IMG/VR virus record: IMGVR_UViG_3300035145_002886
Length of the DNA stretch: 64,000 nucleotides
Strand: one strand, 5' to 3'
Source: a virus
Shown here: positions 1-9,818 of the stretch, piece after piece
Layout of the letters: every line of letters begins with the position of its first letter
Position numbering within the stretch: position 1 is the stretch's first letter
Made by a program: the position numbers and the translations under genes
Notes under the pieces: generated by a model
Databases searched by the model: none
What the model was told of the DNA's origin: nothing
Seen by the model: only the letters and a program-made list of their open reading frames with translations

Positions 1-81
1 GAATTGCTGGGTCCTCCTGTATTTGTAAGGACCGCAACTTTACCTTTTCTCTTACCGTCTTTCTTGAACATTTTCATATGC

Positions 82-264
82 CTATTTCTTAACTATTACT
101 TCTAGATTATTACCTTCAAAACGGATTCCAACAACCTCTCCTCCATTTTCACTTTTTTCAACTTCCTTAAGGAATTTATTTAAATCGAATGAGCGGAAGA
201 AAAATCCACCAGCTGCTGCTCCATCATCAAAATCTTCTCGCCAAAATATCTTATCTTCAAACAT
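82..264 (-). CDS. hypothetical protein
   Basis: ORF 82..318; probable start at MFEDK (264), just after the upstream gene's stop. Confidence 0.6.
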   Translation of the reverse strand: MFEDKIFWREDFDDGAAAGGFFFRSFDLNKFLKEVEKSENGGEVVGIRFEGNNLEVIVKK

Positions 265-274
265 AATTCTTTTA

Positions 275-490
275 TTAGTACAGATGATTTTCAACACAAG
301 CATAAACAAGATCTCCATCTTCGTTTAACTCGTCAAGTTCAGCGTCAGTAGCTTCCCTCCATTCTCCATTTTTTTCTATCACAGATGCAGTTTCAATATA
401 TGCATCACAGAAATCTGGGTAATCTCTTGTGTCGATTCCATCGACTTCAAAATCTGTGGCAACTAGACCACTTTTAAGTGTATGCTTCAT
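275..490 (-). CDS. acidic hypothetical phage protein
   Basis: 71-aa ORF directly downstream of a class-I promoter copy (501-545). Confidence 0.7.
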   Translation of the reverse strand: MKHTLKSGLVATDFEVDGIDTRDYPDFCDAYIETASVIEKNGEWREATDAELDELNEDGDLVYACVENHLY

Positions 491-500
491 AACGTTTAGT

Positions 501-545
501 TTTAATTACTATACAAATATAAACAAAAAACCTGACACGGAAAAA
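501..545 (-). promoter_or_regulatory. class-I (early, host sigma70-type) promoter repeat
   Basis: Minus strand reads CCGTGTCAGGTTTTTTGTTTATATTTGTATAGTAATTAAA and contains the Bacteroidota -7 element TAnnTTTG; about 13 copies in the window. Confidence 0.75.
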
Positions 546-549
546 CTTT

Positions 550-1608
550 TTATGAAGTTTTTTCACTAAAAGGTTTCTCATACTCTGGTTTAATCATCTT
601 CCAAATGATTTCATCAACCTTATCAGCTTTCTTATTGTAGAGAGCAAATAAGAGTCCATAATCCACATCAACGATCGACTGAATTGATAATGCCACTTCT
701 TTTTTGGTTGGGCTTTCACCCAACTTGTTAAGAACATCCTCTAATAGAGAGTTATACATTACATAAGTCATCTCATGCTTCATCCATAAGTCTGATTGAA
801 TTCCAAGAACCCAGTCGTAGAACTCATCCGGTACATCTTTCAAAAACTCTTCAGGTAACTTACCAAAAGTCTTTAAGTTCTCCCAGATATCATATGAAGA
901 ACAATTAGTCAAGATTCGGTGCAATTTGACATAGTCAGCAAATTTAATCTTACAACGATCCCCATTAGAGAATCTGACGATGAAGCCTTCGCTGTTTTCC
1001 CAGTTCAACTTTTGAATCTCAGTGTAGTCTTCAAAGTCATATCGCTTTACAACTTTACAACCGATCACCTTTGAGACTTCATATAAGTCTTGCCATGAAC
1101 CTTCATATGTTGAAGTTCTTGCACCTAATAAAATTAGCTCTTCAGAATCTCCATAGTCTACAACAATTCGATTCCATGGTGCAACTAGTTCAAAAAGATA
1201 GGTAGCAGAGGTTTCTAAGCTATCTGTATTTTTTAATTCATTAAACAACCTTTGAGCAGCAATAGCCTGATCAGAAGTAAAAGAACCTCGTGAGGAAACA
1301 ACCCATTCTCCATTATAATTGAAGACTGTGATTAACGAACCGTCTACCTTCTCGTAGATTTCAAAGTCATTAGTTGGAGTGTGTCTGTTCTCTTCAATGT
1401 TAAAGAACTTCTTGAATGGATAGGACACTTGATTGCCCTTATCATCAAACACAAGACCTCGACAAGACAAGGTAACCTCATCCCATTTAGCCTCATACTG
1501 TGTAGTTTGAGAGTAATTGTAGATAGTTAACGGAAGGGTTGGGTGAGTCTGTGAGATCAACCAACCCTCCGCTACGTACTGGTCTAATATGTCTTTAGTT
1601 ATTTTCAT
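550..1608 (-). CDS. T4 Rnl1-like RNA ligase
   Basis: Motifs CRGLVFD, PFKKFFN, EKVDGS (motif I), TYLFEL, EGFIVRF, KIKF; start probably MKITKD. Confidence 0.88.
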   Translation of the reverse strand: MKITKDILDQYVAEGWLISQTHPTLPLTIYNYSQTTQYEAKWDEVTLSCRGLVFDDKGNQVSYPFKKFFNIEENRHTPTNDFEIYEKVDGSLITVFNYNGEWVVSSRGSFTSDQAIAAQRLFNELKNTDSLETSATYLFELVAPWNRIVVDYGDSEELILLGARTSTYEGSWQDLYEVSKVIGCKVVKRYDFEDYTEIQKLNWENSEGFIVRFSNGDRCKIKFADYVKLHRILTNCSSYDIWENLKTFGKLPEEFLKDVPDEFYDWVLGIQSDLWMKHEMTYVMYNSLLEDVLNKLGESPTKKEVALSIQSIVDVDYGLLFALYNKKADKVDEIIWKMIKPEYEKPFSEKTS

Positions 1609-1612
1609 TTTA

Positions 1613-2242
1613 TTAATATGCTTCAGCATAGATATTCATGTCACGGAAGTCAGAACTCCAACTTTGAGTCCAATCAACTCGTCGGTTTCCACACTCGCAA
1701 CGTCGATGTTGAGGTTTCCAGCCTGCACATTCATCCTCACAGTTTTGACCTTCAAAATCAATGTATTCATCTCCGATCTCAGCCTCGCGAATAGTAACCT
1801 CCTTTTCAAAAGCAATATCATTGGCGATTTGAATAGCATTCTCAACTGAAAGACCATCTCCAAAAGTCCGTCCTTCGTACAAACAGTAAGTAATTGCTTG
1901 GTTAATCATCTCAGCCTTCTTAGCATCTTGTTCTTTTTCACGAGCTTCAGCTTTAGCTTTCTCTTCCTTTTCCTTTTCCATACGCTCGCGAGTCTTGTAA
2001 GTTGAAATAACTTGAGAGTATCTTCGAGCAGCATACATAAGACGTTGGTAAGCCTCAGTAGGCTCTTTAGCCTTACGTTCTTTAGCTGGAGTTAGACCGT
2101 ATTCAGGTTTAAACTCCTTGTTGACCTCGGCAAGAATCTTTTCAAAACGAAGTTGAAGTTCTTTCGCTTGGTCGCTATATTCTTTAGCAAGTTTGAGGTT
2201 TTCTTCTTTAGTCTTGTTGTTGTCTAATCTAAAGTAAGCCAT
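1613..2242 (-). CDS. hypothetical coiled-coil protein with C-terminal Cys cluster
   Basis: CEDECAGW...RRCECGNRR; preceded by a class-I promoter. Confidence 0.7.
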   Translation of the reverse strand: MAYFRLDNNKTKEENLKLAKEYSDQAKELQLRFEKILAEVNKEFKPEYGLTPAKERKAKEPTEAYQRLMYAARRYSQVISTYKTRERMEKEKEEKAKAEAREKEQDAKKAEMINQAITYCLYEGRTFGDGLSVENAIQIANDIAFEKEVTIREAEIGDEYIDFEGQNCEDECAGWKPQHRRCECGNRRVDWTQSWSSDFRDMNIYAEAY

Positions 2243-2252
2243 ATGTTGTTTG

Positions 2253-2302
2253 TTTTAATTACTATACTAATATAAACAAAAAAGCCGACATAAAAAAATG
2301 TC
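2253..2302 (-). promoter_or_regulatory. class-I promoter repeat
   Basis: Minus strand ATGTCGGCTTTTTTGTTTATATTAGTATAGTAATTAAA. Confidence 0.72.
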
Positions 2303-2309
2303 TGCTCAA

Positions 2310-2786
2310 TTATTTTCTAATTATTTTGATGCCACATAATTCATAAACTTCTTCCCAACCACCAGGTCTTTTTGATTTAAAACCTCCTTCGTTTAATGCG
2401 TTGTCTTCATGGCGCATCAACCAACAAACACCACTGTAATTTTCTACAGTCTTATTAACTTCCTGTTCAGATTTACATGCAATCAAAGATTCAAAATATT
2501 CTGCAAGAGGTGTAGTATGCTCCCATAAAAGAAGTGATTTACCATTTTCATCTTGACCTAAAATATTTCTTTTAGTCCACAACAATTCAAATGGATCAAT
2601 ACCTAAAGGTTGACATGCGTTCATTACGGCTTCAGACACCATAGTAACTTTTTGATCCGTCATCTTCTGAAGCGTGCCTTTTAATGCTTCTTTAAGTTTC
2701 TTTTTGATAAAAGGATCCGTCTCATCATTGTATTGCTTTATGTAAAGATGAACTATTGGTAAAAATGCTTTAGTGTGTGGTGTCAT
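2310..2786 (-). CDS. putative His-Me-finger/HNH-like protein; paralog of 60254..60769
   Basis: WEHTTPL...CWLMRHEDNAL; start MTPHTK because the longer ORF overlaps the promoter. Confidence 0.5.
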   Translation of the reverse strand: MTPHTKAFLPIVHLYIKQYNDETDPFIKKKLKEALKGTLQKMTDQKVTMVSEAVMNACQPLGIDPFELLWTKRNILGQDENGKSLLLWEHTTPLAEYFESLIACKSEQEVNKTVENYSGVCWLMRHEDNALNEGGFKSKRPGGWEEVYELCGIKIIRK

Positions 2787-2796
2787 ATCTTTAACT

Positions 2797-2848
2797 TTTA
2801 TTATTATACTAATATAAACAAAAAAGCCGACATATAAAAATGCCGGCT
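2797..2848 (-). promoter_or_regulatory. class-I promoter repeat with embedded inverted repeat
   Basis: Plus strand ATACTAATATAAACAAAAAAGCCGACATATAAAAATGCCGGCT. Confidence 0.7.
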
Positions 2849-2877
2849 CAATTATTTTCAAAAAAAGTTTTAAAACT

Positions 2878-3834
2878 TTATCCTAAATTAATAGTTTGTT
2901 GAAGTCTATTAGCGAATGATCGAACAAAAGATTCACCTTTTCTCCTTATTCCAAGAGTATGGTAGTTAGTTCCACTATCCTTGTGAATTGAAACTCCTCC
3001 ATCAACTTGGTTGTATTCATCAAAAATAAACATTAATTCATAAACCTCTTGGAAGATCTTTTCTCTAATTGATCTATCAACTCCTCCTCCAACTGTTACT
3101 GCGATAAGGTATGTGTTTTTACCGTTGTTAAAGTTTACGTGTCCGTCGATTCCTCCTCCAACAGTAGATTTCATGGTACCTGACCATCCTGCCATTGCAG
3201 GTATAGAAGACCCTTCTACCTCGTATTTTTTATACTTCTTTAAAACCTTATGAATCTCAGATGCTAATTGAGAAGCGCTGATGCCGTTAAAGATTTCGTA
3301 ATCATTTTGAGGTTCTGATCCCTGGATATAAAAGATATTGTTAACGTCGATTTTACCAGTCTTTGCTGCCTTCGCAACCCTATCATATTCGCCTTGATAT
3401 GAATCTCCCCACTTGTCAATTGCCTGTTGTGCTATTTCAAGCTTGTCTTCTAATTTAGACTTGATACCTTTCTTACCGAAAGTTACTCCTTCGCCTATAA
3501 AAGTTTCAAATAGTTTTTTATCCACTTTAGTCCCGTCACTATATGCAAATTGCTTGATGTCAGAATATTTAGAAAGAACCTTATCGAATGCGTCTTTTAG
3601 ATCTTTGGTAGGAATTGCGATCGTATCTCCAGTTGTCTTTGAAATAAATGATCTTATTCCCATATTGTTTAATTTCTTATTGATTTCTAAAGCTGTCTTA
3701 GCTGAATCTTTTCCAGTTTGGTAAACCCAAGTGTATTCTTTGGTAGATGCTTTGATTACATTATTCATAGTCATCTTACCTTCATTAATTACAGGATCAT
3801 TTACAAATTGTTCAAATAGTTTTATGTGTTTCAT
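2878..3834 (-). CDS. MKHIKLFE-tagged protein (putative internal virion protein)
   Basis: N-terminus MKHIKLFEQFVND, shared with seven other ORFs. Confidence 0.65.
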   Translation of the reverse strand: MKHIKLFEQFVNDPVINEGKMTMNNVIKASTKEYTWVYQTGKDSAKTALEINKKLNNMGIRSFISKTTGDTIAIPTKDLKDAFDKVLSKYSDIKQFAYSDGTKVDKKLFETFIGEGVTFGKKGIKSKLEDKLEIAQQAIDKWGDSYQGEYDRVAKAAKTGKIDVNNIFYIQGSEPQNDYEIFNGISASQLASEIHKVLKKYKKYEVEGSSIPAMAGWSGTMKSTVGGGIDGHVNFNNGKNTYLIAVTVGGGVDRSIREKIFQEVYELMFIFDEYNQVDGGVSIHKDSGTNYHTLGIRRKGESFVRSFANRLQQTINLG

Positions 3835-3849
3835 GGTTTTTATTAATTT

Positions 3850-4737
3850 TTATATGAATTCGCCATTTGTCATTTTTTTCCAAGTTGAATCTATCGTCCA
3901 ATAATCTATACTATCATTACCTGAAGGGCCTCCCCAATAATACCAACTAACTTGTAAATAGCCAAACTCGGGAGATTCTTCTTCTGTGTCTGTCCAAAGA
4001 GATACATATGTATCTTTATTTTTATCTTCCGGGTCAATAAAAATTGCAGTATAAGATATATCCGGTTCATCTCCGAGGTATGATTTACCATAACTCTCAG
4101 GATCCTTTACTTCTACATATCCGTATTTCTTAGCTAATTTTCTAATTTTTTGGAGATCTTTTGATTCATTTTCATTAATTACTGATTCATCTATAACCGA
4201 TTCGTATTCTCTGACCTTTTCCGTTAAGAACCTAAGTTTAGTTTTATCACCTTTATATTTCTTAGTTAATGAAGATACGTAATTTCTGAATAAAGTAAAG
4301 TTTTGTAGTATATCGCCTCTTGTTGGTGTAATTTCAGCATCGCTTCCATTTTCACCCTTAACTGCAGCCATTGCATCTTCAAATTTTGCATCTAATATTT
4401 TAAGATAATCTGCGAATGTCATATCCTTAGCTTCAGTAACTACTGATTCATTTTCATTCATTACTGATTCGTTAGTCCAAGCAACATCGTCAATATAGTC
4501 TTCGTGTACTACTGCTATTTTAATAGGATCGCCATATTGATTTGTTCCCGACTTTGCTAATATCTTAGCCTCTTTAATCATTTGGGCTTTATTACCCTCT
4601 CCAAAGTATTCTTCGTAATTTATTTTATTTGGTTCATCTGGATCTGAGTTCATATAGATACAGTATATACCTTCATTAACTGATTCATCTATTGACTTAT
4701 TATTAATAAAGTCCTCATATAATTTAATATGTTTCAT
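3850..4737 (-). CDS. MKHIKL-tagged modular protein (putative internal virion protein)
   Basis: MKHIKLYEDFIN; internal SVNE/VTE/VINE linkers. Confidence 0.65.
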   Translation of the reverse strand: MKHIKLYEDFINNKSIDESVNEGIYCIYMNSDPDEPNKINYEEYFGEGNKAQMIKEAKILAKSGTNQYGDPIKIAVVHEDYIDDVAWTNESVMNENESVVTEAKDMTFADYLKILDAKFEDAMAAVKGENGSDAEITPTRGDILQNFTLFRNYVSSLTKKYKGDKTKLRFLTEKVREYESVIDESVINENESKDLQKIRKLAKKYGYVEVKDPESYGKSYLGDEPDISYTAIFIDPEDKNKDTYVSLWTDTEEESPEFGYLQVSWYYWGGPSGNDSIDYWTIDSTWKKMTNGEFI

Positions 4738-4749
4738 TTTTTCAAAATT

Positions 4750-5283
4750 TTATTTAAATACTGAATCTACGTCCTCTTTGTTAAATTTTTTATAGAGGCC
4801 TTTTATCGCTTTCTTTTGATCAGATCCGGAAAGTTTATTAAATCTGTTCTCAATTTTTTGGTTATTCGCAACTGCATTTTGATATTGTCTACCATTATCA
4901 ATATATGCCGCATAGAAGTCATATCCAGTAGCATACTTTAAGAAGGTTTCTAATGGAGACATTAAGGTCTCGTCAAAGTGCTTTTGAATTTTATATTCGT
5001 CGCTCTTTTTCTTGTTTAGGTAATATTCCCACTGTCCTCTCCATCGGTCGACTTTAAACATATGAATCAAATCCTTACCTACCTTAAACTCAAACTTAAT
5101 TCCTTTCTCGTCGTCAGATTGTTCTTCTGTAGAATCAATCCATTTCTCATCAAAAGTCGGTAGCAATTTCTTGAGCGATGTTGTTGCGTCAGCTTTTAGC
5201 TCCTCGGGTGTAGCCCATTTGCTTCTTTGCTTCTCGTAGTCAGAATAGGTCTGATATTTTTCAAATGTCATTAAGTACTTCAT
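4750..5283 (-). CDS. tagged hypothetical protein
   Basis: N-terminus MKYLMTFEKY. Confidence 0.6.
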   Translation of the reverse strand: MKYLMTFEKYQTYSDYEKQRSKWATPEELKADATTSLKKLLPTFDEKWIDSTEEQSDDEKGIKFEFKVGKDLIHMFKVDRWRGQWEYYLNKKKSDEYKIQKHFDETLMSPLETFLKYATGYDFYAAYIDNGRQYQNAVANNQKIENRFNKLSGSDQKKAIKGLYKKFNKEDVDSVFK

Positions 5284-5316
5284 CTTATTTAATGTTCTTT
5301 TTAACCCACTTTATAA

Positions 5317-5871
5317 TTAGTCTAAATATCCTCCGTGATTATGTACGGTATAACCCATCGGCTTCTTATACTCGGACTTATAATCTACTTTTGATTTCTT
5401 TAAGACTTTAGCAGCCTCTTTTTCTCCACGTACTATTTCAATTGTTAACCATCTTTCGTCTTCAGAATAGGATCCTGGTTCATCACCTGTCGGAGGATTA
5501 CCATTACCAGATCTGTAAAAGTTAGCTTTTCGTAAAGCAGCAGTCGCCTTTCTATAATCTTCTAAATTATTAAAAGAATATGAGTTATCAGTTTTTGCTT
5601 CATTGATGAAGTCTTCTGAAATATTAAGAGATGCTTTAACATCTTCAATATTTACTTTATCATATTTAGTAGAAGCATGAATACCTGTTGGCCTCTTACC
5701 AACCTTTAATTTACCTTTTTTATCAGCATCGACTGTAACAAATGCAGGTTGACCACCGACCATGCCGTTTACCCTTTGATAAAAATATCCATATTCTGTC
5801 TTAATATATTCACCTGGCTTAATGGTGGTTGCTTCGTTTAAGAATTGTTCAAATAGTTTTACATGTTTCAT
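5317..5871 (-). CDS. MKHVKLFE-tagged protein
   Basis: MKHVKLFEQFLNEA; second FINEA linker. Confidence 0.65.
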   Translation of the reverse strand: MKHVKLFEQFLNEATTIKPGEYIKTEYGYFYQRVNGMVGGQPAFVTVDADKKGKLKVGKRPTGIHASTKYDKVNIEDVKASLNISEDFINEAKTDNSYSFNNLEDYRKATAALRKANFYRSGNGNPPTGDEPGSYSEDERWLTIEIVRGEKEAAKVLKKSKVDYKSEYKKPMGYTVHNHGGYLD

Positions 5872-7022
5872 ATTGTTTCCTTGAATTTTTCAGCCTCTAT
5901 CTCCTTGATCTTTTCTCCGACCTGAGGGCCTTTAATTCCATATTTTTGCATAACCTCTTTACCGTCAGTATTCGGCTTGTATTTCAAAAATGCCTTTATT
6001 AACTTAAGGTCTAGTTTATTTATCTTTGCAAATTGAATAATTACATTCTTATCAATTTTCGTGGCAGTAAACTGCTTGTAGGTGTCAAATACATCTTCAG
6101 CCTTAAACTCTCTCAGGCTCTTTAAGAATACAACAGCACTTACTTCTTCGCTACTAAAGGTCGCTCTATTCATTTCCTTTTTAATCAAATCAACGTCATT
6201 GTCTCCGAATAGATGTGTAAGCTGAATCGGCCAAGTATTTGTATTTACAAACTTAACTGAAACTGGAATGTTAGGAAACATGACTGGCCACAGGTTAAAT
6301 TGACTAACCATCTTTAAGTAGTCAATTGGTTTCTTTGCTGATTCAATTGACTTTTTAAACTCATCGCGAATTCTCTCAGGACTAACACCTTTCAGACTGT
6401 TGTCGGTTAGGATAGCATCTGCCGTTCCTTTTTCAAGTTTAGAACCGGTACGGCCAGCAAATCTAAGAGCTCTTAATTTTCTTAGTGGATCTTCAGCAAA
6501 TCTTTCTGCTGCAACTCCTACTGTTCTGATCTTCTGATCTTGGATGTCTTTAACTCCTCCGACCAGGTCAACAACTTCTCCCTTACCAATATCATAGAAT
6601 AGGGCGTTGATTGTTAGGTCCCTTCTGAGAACGTCCTTGTCGATTGTTGAGTAATTTACACCTTCAGGTCTGCGTCCACTGCCAATGTCCTCACGGAATG
6701 TAGCGATCTCAACTCCATTTTTATCCGAAGGTATTTGTACAATTACAACACCAAATTGTTGGCCAACCTCGCCAATTGTTGAGTAACCCGCACCCTGTAC
6801 TATTTTTACAACCTCTTCTGGAAAAGCATTTGTTGCTAAATCAAAGTCCTTTGGCTTTTTACCTAGGATAGCATCCCGAACTGCACCTCCGACAATATAC
6901 AGCTCCTTACCGTTTCTTTGGAACAGTTTATGTAGGTCAATAATATCTGAGGGAATGTTGAGCTTAAGTGAGCTCTGAGCCTCAGTTATCATTTGGAATT
7001 CTGTAAATGTCTTAAGTTGCAT
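5868..7022 (-). CDS. cca: class II tRNA nucleotidyltransferase (CCA-adding enzyme/poly(A) polymerase family)
   Basis: VGGAVRD, KDFDLAT, EIATFR, RRDLTINAL, EDPLRKLRALRF, ERIRDE. Confidence 0.88.
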   Translation of the reverse strand: MQLKTFTEFQMITEAQSSLKLNIPSDIIDLHKLFQRNGKELYIVGGAVRDAILGKKPKDFDLATNAFPEEVVKIVQGAGYSTIGEVGQQFGVVIVQIPSDKNGVEIATFREDIGSGRRPEGVNYSTIDKDVLRRDLTINALFYDIGKGEVVDLVGGVKDIQDQKIRTVGVAAERFAEDPLRKLRALRFAGRTGSKLEKGTADAILTDNSLKGVSPERIRDEFKKSIESAKKPIDYLKMVSQFNLWPVMFPNIPVSVKFVNTNTWPIQLTHLFGDNDVDLIKKEMNRATFSSEEVSAVVFLKSLREFKAEDVFDTYKQFTATKIDKNVIIQFAKINKLDLKLIKAFLKYKPNTDGKEVMQKYGIKGPQVGEKIKEIEAEKFKETI

Positions 7023-7034
7023 ATTTCTATTTAT

Positions 7035-7196
7035 CTAAGTTAATTCCGTAACTAATTTAATTTCTCTGAATCCACATTCTAGGTTAGCGTCTTCAAAGTA
7101 CATGTTAGCTTCATACAATGTAGTTGCATAACATTGAGCCACTATTAGTCCGTCTTGAACTAAGTTCCATTTGTTTAAAATAATTCCTGGTTTCAT
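7035..7196 (-). CDS. small hypothetical protein (53 aa, not in ORF track)
   Basis: Hand-translated MKPGIILNKW...LVTELT*; fills the gap between two genes. Confidence 0.5.
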   Translation of the reverse strand: MKPGIILNKWNLVQDGLIVAQCYATTLYEANMYFEDANLECGFREIKLVTELT

Positions 7197-7197
7197 C

Positions 7198-7599
7198 TTA
7201 TCTAAGTTTTAATTGAAATCTGTTTTCCATCTTTTCTAAAGTTTCATCAGGAACTCCATGTTCGTTGACTCCACCGTGTCGATTCTCAACTACCAATGAG
7301 AATACTGTATATCCGTACTTTTCAGCTAATTCGTAGTAAGCATCCATCTCCCATTCTTGAGTGAATGTATTTGAGACGATAACTGTATCGAATCCGTGAG
7401 GTTTCATATAGTCTTCAGTTTCCTTTCTACACCATGCATGCGCTTCCTTTAATTTAGAAGCATCGAAGTTGTATTCACCTTTATGATTAATGAAGAACAT
7501 ATCAGCTTCAACATGACCTGACATTGCTGTTGATAATGATTTTGCCAATGTTGATTTACCCGAACCTGGTAAACCTCTTAATAAGAATAACTTTTTCAT
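7198..7599 (-). CDS. P-loop polynucleotide-kinase-like protein (AAA_33/Pnk kinase module)
   Basis: LRGLPGSGKST, EADMFF, IVSNTF, HGVP. Confidence 0.8.
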   Translation of the reverse strand: MKKLFLLRGLPGSGKSTLAKSLSTAMSGHVEADMFFINHKGEYNFDASKLKEAHAWCRKETEDYMKPHGFDTVIVSNTFTQEWEMDAYYELAEKYGYTVFSLVVENRHGGVNEHGVPDETLEKMENRFQLKLR

Positions 7600-7608
7600 A
7601 ACTATTTC

Positions 7609-7662
7609 TTTTAATTACTATACAAATATAAACAAAAAAACCGACACGGTAAAATGTCGGCT
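7609..7662 (-). promoter_or_regulatory. class-I promoter repeat with CCGACA...TGTCGG inverted repeat
   Basis: Plus strand TTACTATACAAATATAAACAAAAAAACCGACACGGTAAAATGTCGG. Confidence 0.72.
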
Positions 7663-7669
7663 TAATTTT

Positions 7670-7873
7670 TTATTCAATTACTGAAAGATAAAGATCTGTT
7701 GCACTTTGTATTTCAAGTGAAGGAACATTTGTTTTCATCCTCCATGCCCAGTCTTCGGCCCACCTCTTAGCATGTTGTAGTTGCTGTTCAGTTTTGCAAC
7801 TTTTGACCACTTTATTAACGTAAGAATATTGGTCTAAGAATTCGTCTCTAGATAATTCAATACTTTTTCCCAT
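7670..7873 (-). CDS. hypothetical protein
   Basis: 67-aa ORF in operon orientation. Confidence 0.55.
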   Translation of the reverse strand: MGKSIELSRDEFLDQYSYVNKVVKSCKTEQQLQHAKRWAEDWAWRMKTNVPSLEIQSATDLYLSVIE

Positions 7874-8301
7874 GATTCAAATTGTTTTGATCCAAACTGG
7901 ATCCATTCTCCTTTAAATTCTGATGCTCCATTATTTGGACGGTCATCGATTAGATAGTCACCAATCATTAAGTCTTTTCGATGGCTCAATATTAATCGCT
8001 TTGTTGCAGCCTCTCCAAGGTGCTTTTCAACCCAAACGCGCTTTGCCGTTAGAGATTGAACATTCATCCACGGTGCAGTAGATAAAATATAGACGTCAAA
8101 TCGATGATCGTTACGCAATCGATTGAAAGCATCTACTGCTCCTTTAACAGGTTCAGACGAATAGAACGGCTGATCATGGACGTCTAAGATGTCTCCAATC
8201 TCCATCCCCGTCTCAAGTAGGTGGGGATAAGTGTCCTCAACACTTTTTACTAAATCAACAAGAACACCATCCATATCGATATAGATGATTTTCTTATCCA
8301 T
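7834..8301 (-). CDS. HAD 5'(3')-deoxyribonucleotidase (NT5C family)
   Basis: IYIDMDGVLVD, YILSTAPW, KRVWVEKHLG, GDYLIDDR. Confidence 0.85.
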   Translation of the reverse strand: MDKKIIYIDMDGVLVDLVKSVEDTYPHLLETGMEIGDILDVHDQPFYSSEPVKGAVDAFNRLRNDHRFDVYILSTAPWMNVQSLTAKRVWVEKHLGEAATKRLILSHRKDLMIGDYLIDDRPNNGASEFKGEWIQFGSKQFESWEKVLNYLETNS

Positions 8302-8515
8302 TATTTGATTTTGTAGTTGTGGACTTAAATAAGATTGAAAATAGCACATTTAATCCAAGAGCTTGCCAGAATTCAATTTCATGAACACCATCAACCGCCG
8401 GTATTAAACATTCGTTCCACAACCACATTGTTGGAAATGCCATAAGAATCGCAGTAGTGATTGCAATAAAAATAACGCCTAAGGCAATAGCAAGTTTTTC
8501 TAATAACTTATTCAT
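8294..8515 (-). CDS. small membrane protein
   Basis: Two hydrophobic segments; MWLWN...IEFWQALGL. Confidence 0.65.
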   Translation of the reverse strand: MNKLLEKLAIALGVIFIAITTAILMAFPTMWLWNECLIPAVDGVHEIEFWQALGLNVLFSILFKSTTTKSNNG

Positions 8516-8528
8516 AATTGTTTTGTTT

Positions 8529-8578
8529 GATTACTATACAAATATAAACAAAAAAGCCGACATAAAAAAATCCGGCTT
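8529..8578 (-). promoter_or_regulatory. class-I promoter repeat
   Basis: Plus strand TTACTATACAAATATAAACAAAAAAGCCGACAT. Confidence 0.72.
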
Positions 8579-8807
8579 ATTTTATTTCAAACTTTTTAAT
8601 CTTATACTTTTTCATCCAGTATTCTATAAAAGAAGTTCCAACCCCAAGTTCAACAATTTGATATTTATGAGGAATTAGAGGTTTTCTTGCATGTCCGTTA
8701 TTTACAACATCAACATGCTGCTCTGTTACCATCATATAACAGTTTCCATTCGTTCTTTTACGGTAAACTGCTACTGTCGGTACTTTTTCAAAATTGGGTA
8801 TTTTCAT
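8577..8807 (-). CDS. hypothetical protein
   Basis: 76-aa ORF overlapping the upstream stop. Confidence 0.6.
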   Translation of the reverse strand: MKIPNFEKVPTVAVYRKRTNGNCYMMVTEQHVDVVNNGHARKPLIPHKYQIVELGVGTSFIEYWMKKYKIKKFEIK

Positions 8808-9148
8808 TTCCAGAAAAGTTGAATGAGTATTAATATTAGCGATAACATCAAAGACACTGCAGTCTTAAGATTAATTCCCTCATCTAAAAAGATCCAAGTT
8901 AAACCGGCAAACGTCAATATCCCAGTCGAGAAGCCGATAAATCTACTCGGCCATAAAAGACCGTCAAAATATCCTACTACGTTTCTTGTGGCAAATATCA
9001 ATAGGTAACTAATCACAGTTCCAAAAATCACTGATACGATGAAGGGATTCTTTTTAAACCAAGGCCAAACAAACTGTCCATTTGTTTGAATCCAAATCAA
9101 GGACTGACCCAATAAAAATAACGAACTTCCAATTAATAAAGGCTTCAA
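8804..9148 (-). CDS. four-TM small membrane protein
   Basis: Four hydrophobic helices, SMR/DMT-like size. Confidence 0.65.
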   Translation of the reverse strand: MKPLLIGSSLFLLGQSLIWIQTNGQFVWPWFKKNPFIVSVIFGTVISYLLIFATRNVVGYFDGLLWPSRFIGFSTGILTFAGLTWIFLDEGINLKTAVSLMLSLILILIQLFWK

Positions 9149-9771
9149 AATAGCGTCGATGTTTTTGTTAACATATGGCTAATAAAAGAGTCTCTATGGT
9201 GCTCAGTAGCTCCACCCTCTTGAATAGCTTTTCTGTGTTGTGCAGTTCCGTAACCCTTGTTACTACCCCATCCATATTCCATATAGTCTTTGCTTAATTC
9301 TTTCATTAAGTTATCGCGGCTAGTTTTAGCTAAAATAGAAGCAGCTGCAATTGGAACATAGAGGTTATCTCCGCCTACTACCGTTTGGAAAGGTACTCCA
9401 TCAAACCCATGAAACTGATCACCATCAACAATTACAAAATCAAATGAAACTTTCTTTTGAACCTCTCTCAAGCACTTTTCCATACCGCTTAGTGTAGCCT
9501 TTAGGATGTTTGTTGATTCTATTTGCTCTACTGGAATGTGCTCTACGTGATAAGCTAGTGCATTATCAAGTACAAGCTGTCTTGCCTCTGCTCTTTGTCC
9601 TTCATTTAGGATTTTACTGTCTTTTATAAGTTCGTGCTGAAATCCTGCAGGCATAATACAGGCTGCTACCGTAACGGGACCGGCCAATGCACCTCTTCCT
9701 GCCTCATCAACACCAACTTCAATAATTGAGGTGTCCTCATTTAAACTGGACTTAAGTAGTATCTTTCTCAT
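9145..9771 (-). CDS. rnhB: ribonuclease HII
   Basis: GVDEAGRGALAGPV, KDSK, IAAASILAK, NKGYGT, HRDSF. Confidence 0.93.
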   Translation of the reverse strand: MRKILLKSSLNEDTSIIEVGVDEAGRGALAGPVTVAACIMPAGFQHELIKDSKILNEGQRAEARQLVLDNALAYHVEHIPVEQIESTNILKATLSGMEKCLREVQKKVSFDFVIVDGDQFHGFDGVPFQTVVGGDNLYVPIAAASILAKTSRDNLMKELSKDYMEYGWGSNKGYGTAQHRKAIQEGGATEHHRDSFISHMLTKTSTLF

Positions 9772-9790
9772 ATCATTCTTTTATTAAAAG

Positions 9791-9818
9791 TTATATGAGA
9801 AGATTGGAGAAAGTTTAC
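9791..9818 (-). promoter_or_regulatory. class-II promoter (AAAC-N17-TATAA)
   Basis: Same spacing at 16769, 43964, 55561, 58909 and 59391. Confidence 0.6.
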
